A stretch of 64,000 nucleotides of DNA from Alphaproteobacteria bacterium (GTDB taxonomy: Bacteria; Pseudomonadota; Alphaproteobacteria; Bin95): the NCBI GenBank assembly GCA_965222315.1, contig OZ244951.1, positions 4,550,146 to 4,614,145 of the forward strand, written 5' to 3'. Positions 61,094 to 64,000 of this stretch are shown one piece after another. The notes beneath the pieces are model-generated. The model worked only from the letters and a program-made list of their open reading frames with translations, ran no database searches and was not told the DNA's origin. The position numbers were made by a program, and so were the translations under genes. Position 1 is the first letter of the stretch. Each line of letters opens with the position of its first letter.

Positions 61094-61609
61094 TTGCCGC
61101 CGCTATCGCTCAAAACCGCTGCCACTGGCCCTTGCCGCCTTACCGGCTGGGCATTGCTGGTATCGCTCGCCATGCTGATCCCCGGCCTGCTCCTGCCCAG
61201 CCTGCACCTGGTCAGCCTGGGGCTGTTTCAGCAGGAATATTCCCTGCTCGCCGCGATCCTGGCATTTTGGGAAAAGCAGCATTACAGCCTGTTTGCGCTG
61301 CTGCTCTGCTTCACGGTGGTCTTTCCGCTCGCCAAGATCGCGGCCGGGCTGTGGCTGTTCTATCTGGCCACGCCGAACCCGGCGAAGCTCAAAGGCTGGG
61401 TAGGCCTGCTCTCCGGCCTTTCCAAATGGTCGATGCTGGACGTTTTCATCATCGCCGTGCTGGTGCTGGCGCTGGAGGGTTCGCTGATAACCGCGGCTAG
61501 CCTTGGCGCCGGGATCGCGCTATTTGCTGGGTCAGTCCTGTTGTCGGGCTGGGCCTATAGCCAGCTCCTGCACCTGCTGGTCCGCCGCATCGAAGAAGAA
61601 AGCCGATAG
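61094..61609 (+). CDS. PqiA-family membrane protein
   Basis: FTVVFPLAKI, LSKWSMLDVFIIA. Confidence 0.85.
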   Translation: MPPLSLKTAATGPCRLTGWALLVSLAMLIPGLLLPSLHLVSLGLFQQEYSLLAAILAFWEKQHYSLFALLLCFTVVFPLAKIAAGLWLFYLATPNPAKLKGWVGLLSGLSKWSMLDVFIIAVLVLALEGSLITAASLGAGIALFAGSVLLSGWAYSQLLHLLVRRIEEESR

Positions 61610-61611
61610 GA

Positions 61612-62739
61612 ATGCATGATCTTGTACTGAAGGGCGGCCGAGTCATTGACCCGGCCCAGAATATTGACCGCATCACCGATGTCGCTTTTGCGGACGGCAA
61701 GGTTGCCGCGATCGGTGAGGGATTACAGGGCCGGGACACGCGCGACGTGTCGGGCAAAATGGTAACGCCCGGCCTGATCGACCTGCACACCCACATTTAC
61801 GCCCGGCACACCTCCATCGGCATCGAGCCCGATCCCTACGCCCTGAAGACCGCCTGCACCACGCTGGTGGATGCAGGGACGGCAGGCCCAGCCAATTTCG
61901 ACGGCTACCGCGCGGACATCGTCGACAAGGCCGACGTGAACATCGTCAGCTACATCAACATCTCGTTCGCGGGCATTTTCGCCTTCTCCAACATGGTAAT
62001 GGTGGGCGAATGCGACGATTTCCGCCTGCTCCACTCCGAAGCCTGTCTGAAGGCCATCGAAAAACACCGCGACATGATTTGCGGCGTGAAAGTGCGCATC
62101 GGCATGACCGCATCGGGCGGCAAGGGCGCAGCACCCCTCGACATCGCGCTGGAAGTGGCGGACGCCGCGGGCCTGCCGGTCATGTGCCACCTGGACTACC
62201 CGCCGCCCGGCCGGGCCGAGACGCTGGCCCGCCTGCGCAAGGGCGACGTGCTCACCCACTGCTTCCGCCCGTTCCCCGGCGCGCCGGCCCACTATGACGG
62301 CCGTGTGCGGGAGGAAGTGCTGGACGCCCGCGCCCGCGGCATCATCTTCGACATTGGCCACGGCGGCGGCTCGTTCGGTTGGAAAACGGCGGAGGACATG
62401 GTGAACGCCGGCTTCCTGCCGGACTGCATTTCCTCCGACGTGCACACGATCAGCGAGGTCGGTCCGGCCTTCGATCAGTTGGTAACCATGGCGAAATTCC
62501 TGCATCTCGGCATGAGCGAGACGGAAATCATCCGCGCCTCCACCGAAGGCCCGGCCAACGCCATCAGCCGCCCCGAACTGGGATCGCTCGCCATCGGTAC
62601 GCCGGGCGATGCGTCGGTCCTCTCCATCGAGGATGGCGAATACACCCTGACGGATGCCAAGGCCCAGGACCGCACCGGCAAGCGCATGTTCCGCGCCCAC
62701 GGCATGGTCATGCGCGGTTCCTGGCGGTCCACTACTTAG
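61612..62739 (+). CDS. Amidohydrolase/deacetylase (dihydroorotase-like)
   Basis: PGLIDLHTH, VDAGTAG, VMCH, LTHCF, DIGHGGGSF, ISSDVH. Confidence 0.9.
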   Translation: MHDLVLKGGRVIDPAQNIDRITDVAFADGKVAAIGEGLQGRDTRDVSGKMVTPGLIDLHTHIYARHTSIGIEPDPYALKTACTTLVDAGTAGPANFDGYRADIVDKADVNIVSYINISFAGIFAFSNMVMVGECDDFRLLHSEACLKAIEKHRDMICGVKVRIGMTASGGKGAAPLDIALEVADAAGLPVMCHLDYPPPGRAETLARLRKGDVLTHCFRPFPGAPAHYDGRVREEVLDARARGIIFDIGHGGGSFGWKTAEDMVNAGFLPDCISSDVHTISEVGPAFDQLVTMAKFLHLGMSETEIIRASTEGPANAISRPELGSLAIGTPGDASVLSIEDGEYTLTDAKAQDRTGKRMFRAHGMVMRGSWRSTT

Positions 62740-62846
62740 CCGAGCCCCCATGAGGCTGGAGCCCTGGCCTCTCATTTGGCGCTTGGGGTTTTTCCCGATA
62801 GTTGTGCTACGGTCCTCTCCGACAATTGAATCGGAGGGGACCCGGT

Positions 62847-64000
62847 ATGCCGAGCGGCGCACAGCAAGCCACAAACATGGAACCGGCCCAGTTCGCCACC
62901 CCGGACCGCCGCCCTTCGCAGGCAAGAGGCGCAACGCCTGACGCATCGATTGCGGACGGGGCTCTGGCAGGCTTGGCACCGCTGAGCGGGCTCGCCTCCC
63001 TGCAGGCGGCGGCCGATTCCAGCAATGCCACCGCGCAACTCCGCTCGCTCCAGAACGCTGCCAACGCGGGCCCGTCCGCGCAAAACCTGAGCGCCCTGCA
63101 GCGCCGGCAAGACCTTGGCGACGAATTGGGCGAACAGCCGGTGGCGGGCGAAACCGCCGGACCGCAAAGCCGGTTTGACAGCATGACGGCCATCGACAAT
63201 GGCGGGCCGTCCAGCGATACGCGGCAGAACTACCGGAACAGCACGATCCTGCAACGCCGGGTCTCGCCGAACCATGTACCGAACCAGCCGGCGCTGGTTG
63301 GACCGGCCAGCACGCCCGTCGCCTCCCCGGTGCTGGATCACGCCGGTATCCGCGCTGTCTCGATGCCCGATGCCGACTATGCCGGTTGGAAGGGCACGGC
63401 GCAGGCCAAGATGAAGATGCATGGCGCGGCTTCCCATGGCGGCCGCACCTATGTCACCCAGTTGAAATCGTCCGGCGAACTGCTGCAGATGATCGAATGG
63501 GGCGATGTCTTCTCACGGAAGAACCTCCGCGCCGTCCTGGTCATCGCCGAAGGGGCGCTGGCAGTCGCCGCAGGCAGCCTCGCCATTGCCGCCGCCACTG
63601 GTGGGGCGTTTATCGCCCTGTTGCCGGGCATCGCAATTGCCGTCTCCGGCGTTATCAAGATATTCCGCGGCCTCTACATGATGTTCGGCAAGGATGGGAC
63701 CGAAGAGGAGAAGGCGCACAAGGCCCGCCTGGTCAATATCATGCGGGCGATCGAGAGCGCCGCCACGTTGGTCGCCGCCATCTCCCTGGGCTTCGCGAGC
63801 AAGGAATTCGTCGCAACTCTCGTCTTCGGTTTGGCGAAGGCCATCCGCTCCGGCCTCGCCTTCGCCAAGGAGAAGTGGCCCCAATATGCCACGAAATTCG
63901 AGGTCGCCATGCACTTCTGCCACCTTATTGAGGTTGGAGCTATTGCAGCAGGCGCGATTGGCGCAATCGGCAGCGGCGATGCCGTGTCGACGGGGCTGGG
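62847..64000 (+). CDS. Large hypothetical protein, open at the window end; disordered N-terminus plus Gly/Ala-rich hydrophobic helices
   Basis: GGAGGGG RBS, ATG at 62847 and no stop in 384 codons. MPSGAQQATNMEPAQ...LASLQAAADSSNATAQLRSLQNAANAGP...VLVIAEGALAVAAGSLAIAAATGGAFIALLPGIAIAVSG. Confidence 0.8.
   Translation, partial: MPSGAQQATNMEPAQFATPDRRPSQARGATPDASIADGALAGLAPLSGLASLQAAADSSNATAQLRSLQNAANAGPSAQNLSALQRRQDLGDELGEQPVAGETAGPQSRFDSMTAIDNGGPSSDTRQNYRNSTILQRRVSPNHVPNQPALVGPASTPVASPVLDHAGIRAVSMPDADYAGWKGTAQAKMKMHGAASHGGRTYVTQLKSSGELLQMIEWGDVFSRKNLRAVLVIAEGALAVAAGSLAIAAATGGAFIALLPGIAIAVSGVIKIFRGLYMMFGKDGTEEEKAHKARLVNIMRAIESAATLVAAISLGFASKEFVATLVFGLAKAIRSGLAFAKEKWPQYATKFEVAMHFCHLIEVGAIAAGAIGAIGSGDAVSTGL

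Noticed and set aside
1-64000. CRISPR arrays, tRNA/rRNA genes, prophage
   Set aside because: No regularly spaced direct repeats, no tRNA or rRNA signatures and no phage hallmark genes were recognised.

Overview
GC-rich alphaproteobacterial chromosome segment (ctrA, sciP, cckA, mucR, olsAB, DUF1150 and cbb3 genes point to this class). In order: the cbb3 oxidase cluster fixI(partial)-fixH-fixG-ccoPQON with two FNR/FixK boxes; an MFS/DUF35/thiolase unit; an RpoH-type sHsp-DUF1150 pair; ptsN; an LLM oxidoreductase and a GFA protein; a small accessory patch (two tandem Cys-rich lipoproteins, palindromic repeats, an intact IS481 inserted inside one of those repeats, an AT-richer orphan gene); class II RNR nrdJ with tandem NrdR-like boxes; a TTT transporter and catabolic genes; rpmB; an RHH-PAS-like regulator; the olsB-olsA-miaB-phoH/ybeY-corC-lnt run with phoH and ybeY fused; mucR; tusA-tauE-TIGR02186-usp-soeAB with no soeC; a lone sigma54-type rutB; a class I DAHP synthase; BCCT and other metabolic genes; a compact ctrA-sciP/dksA-cckA cluster; and a long unannotated ORF running off the right end with an eCIS-cargo-like N-terminus. 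The most striking unannotated signal is a 29-codon leader peptide containing Tyr-Phe-Trp-Tyr-Phe-Ser-Tyr, followed by alternative stems and an intrinsic terminator, directly upstream of the DAHP synthase. It looks like a ribosome-coupled attenuator sensing all three aromatic amino acids. All calls come from reading motifs by eye; no database searches were run.
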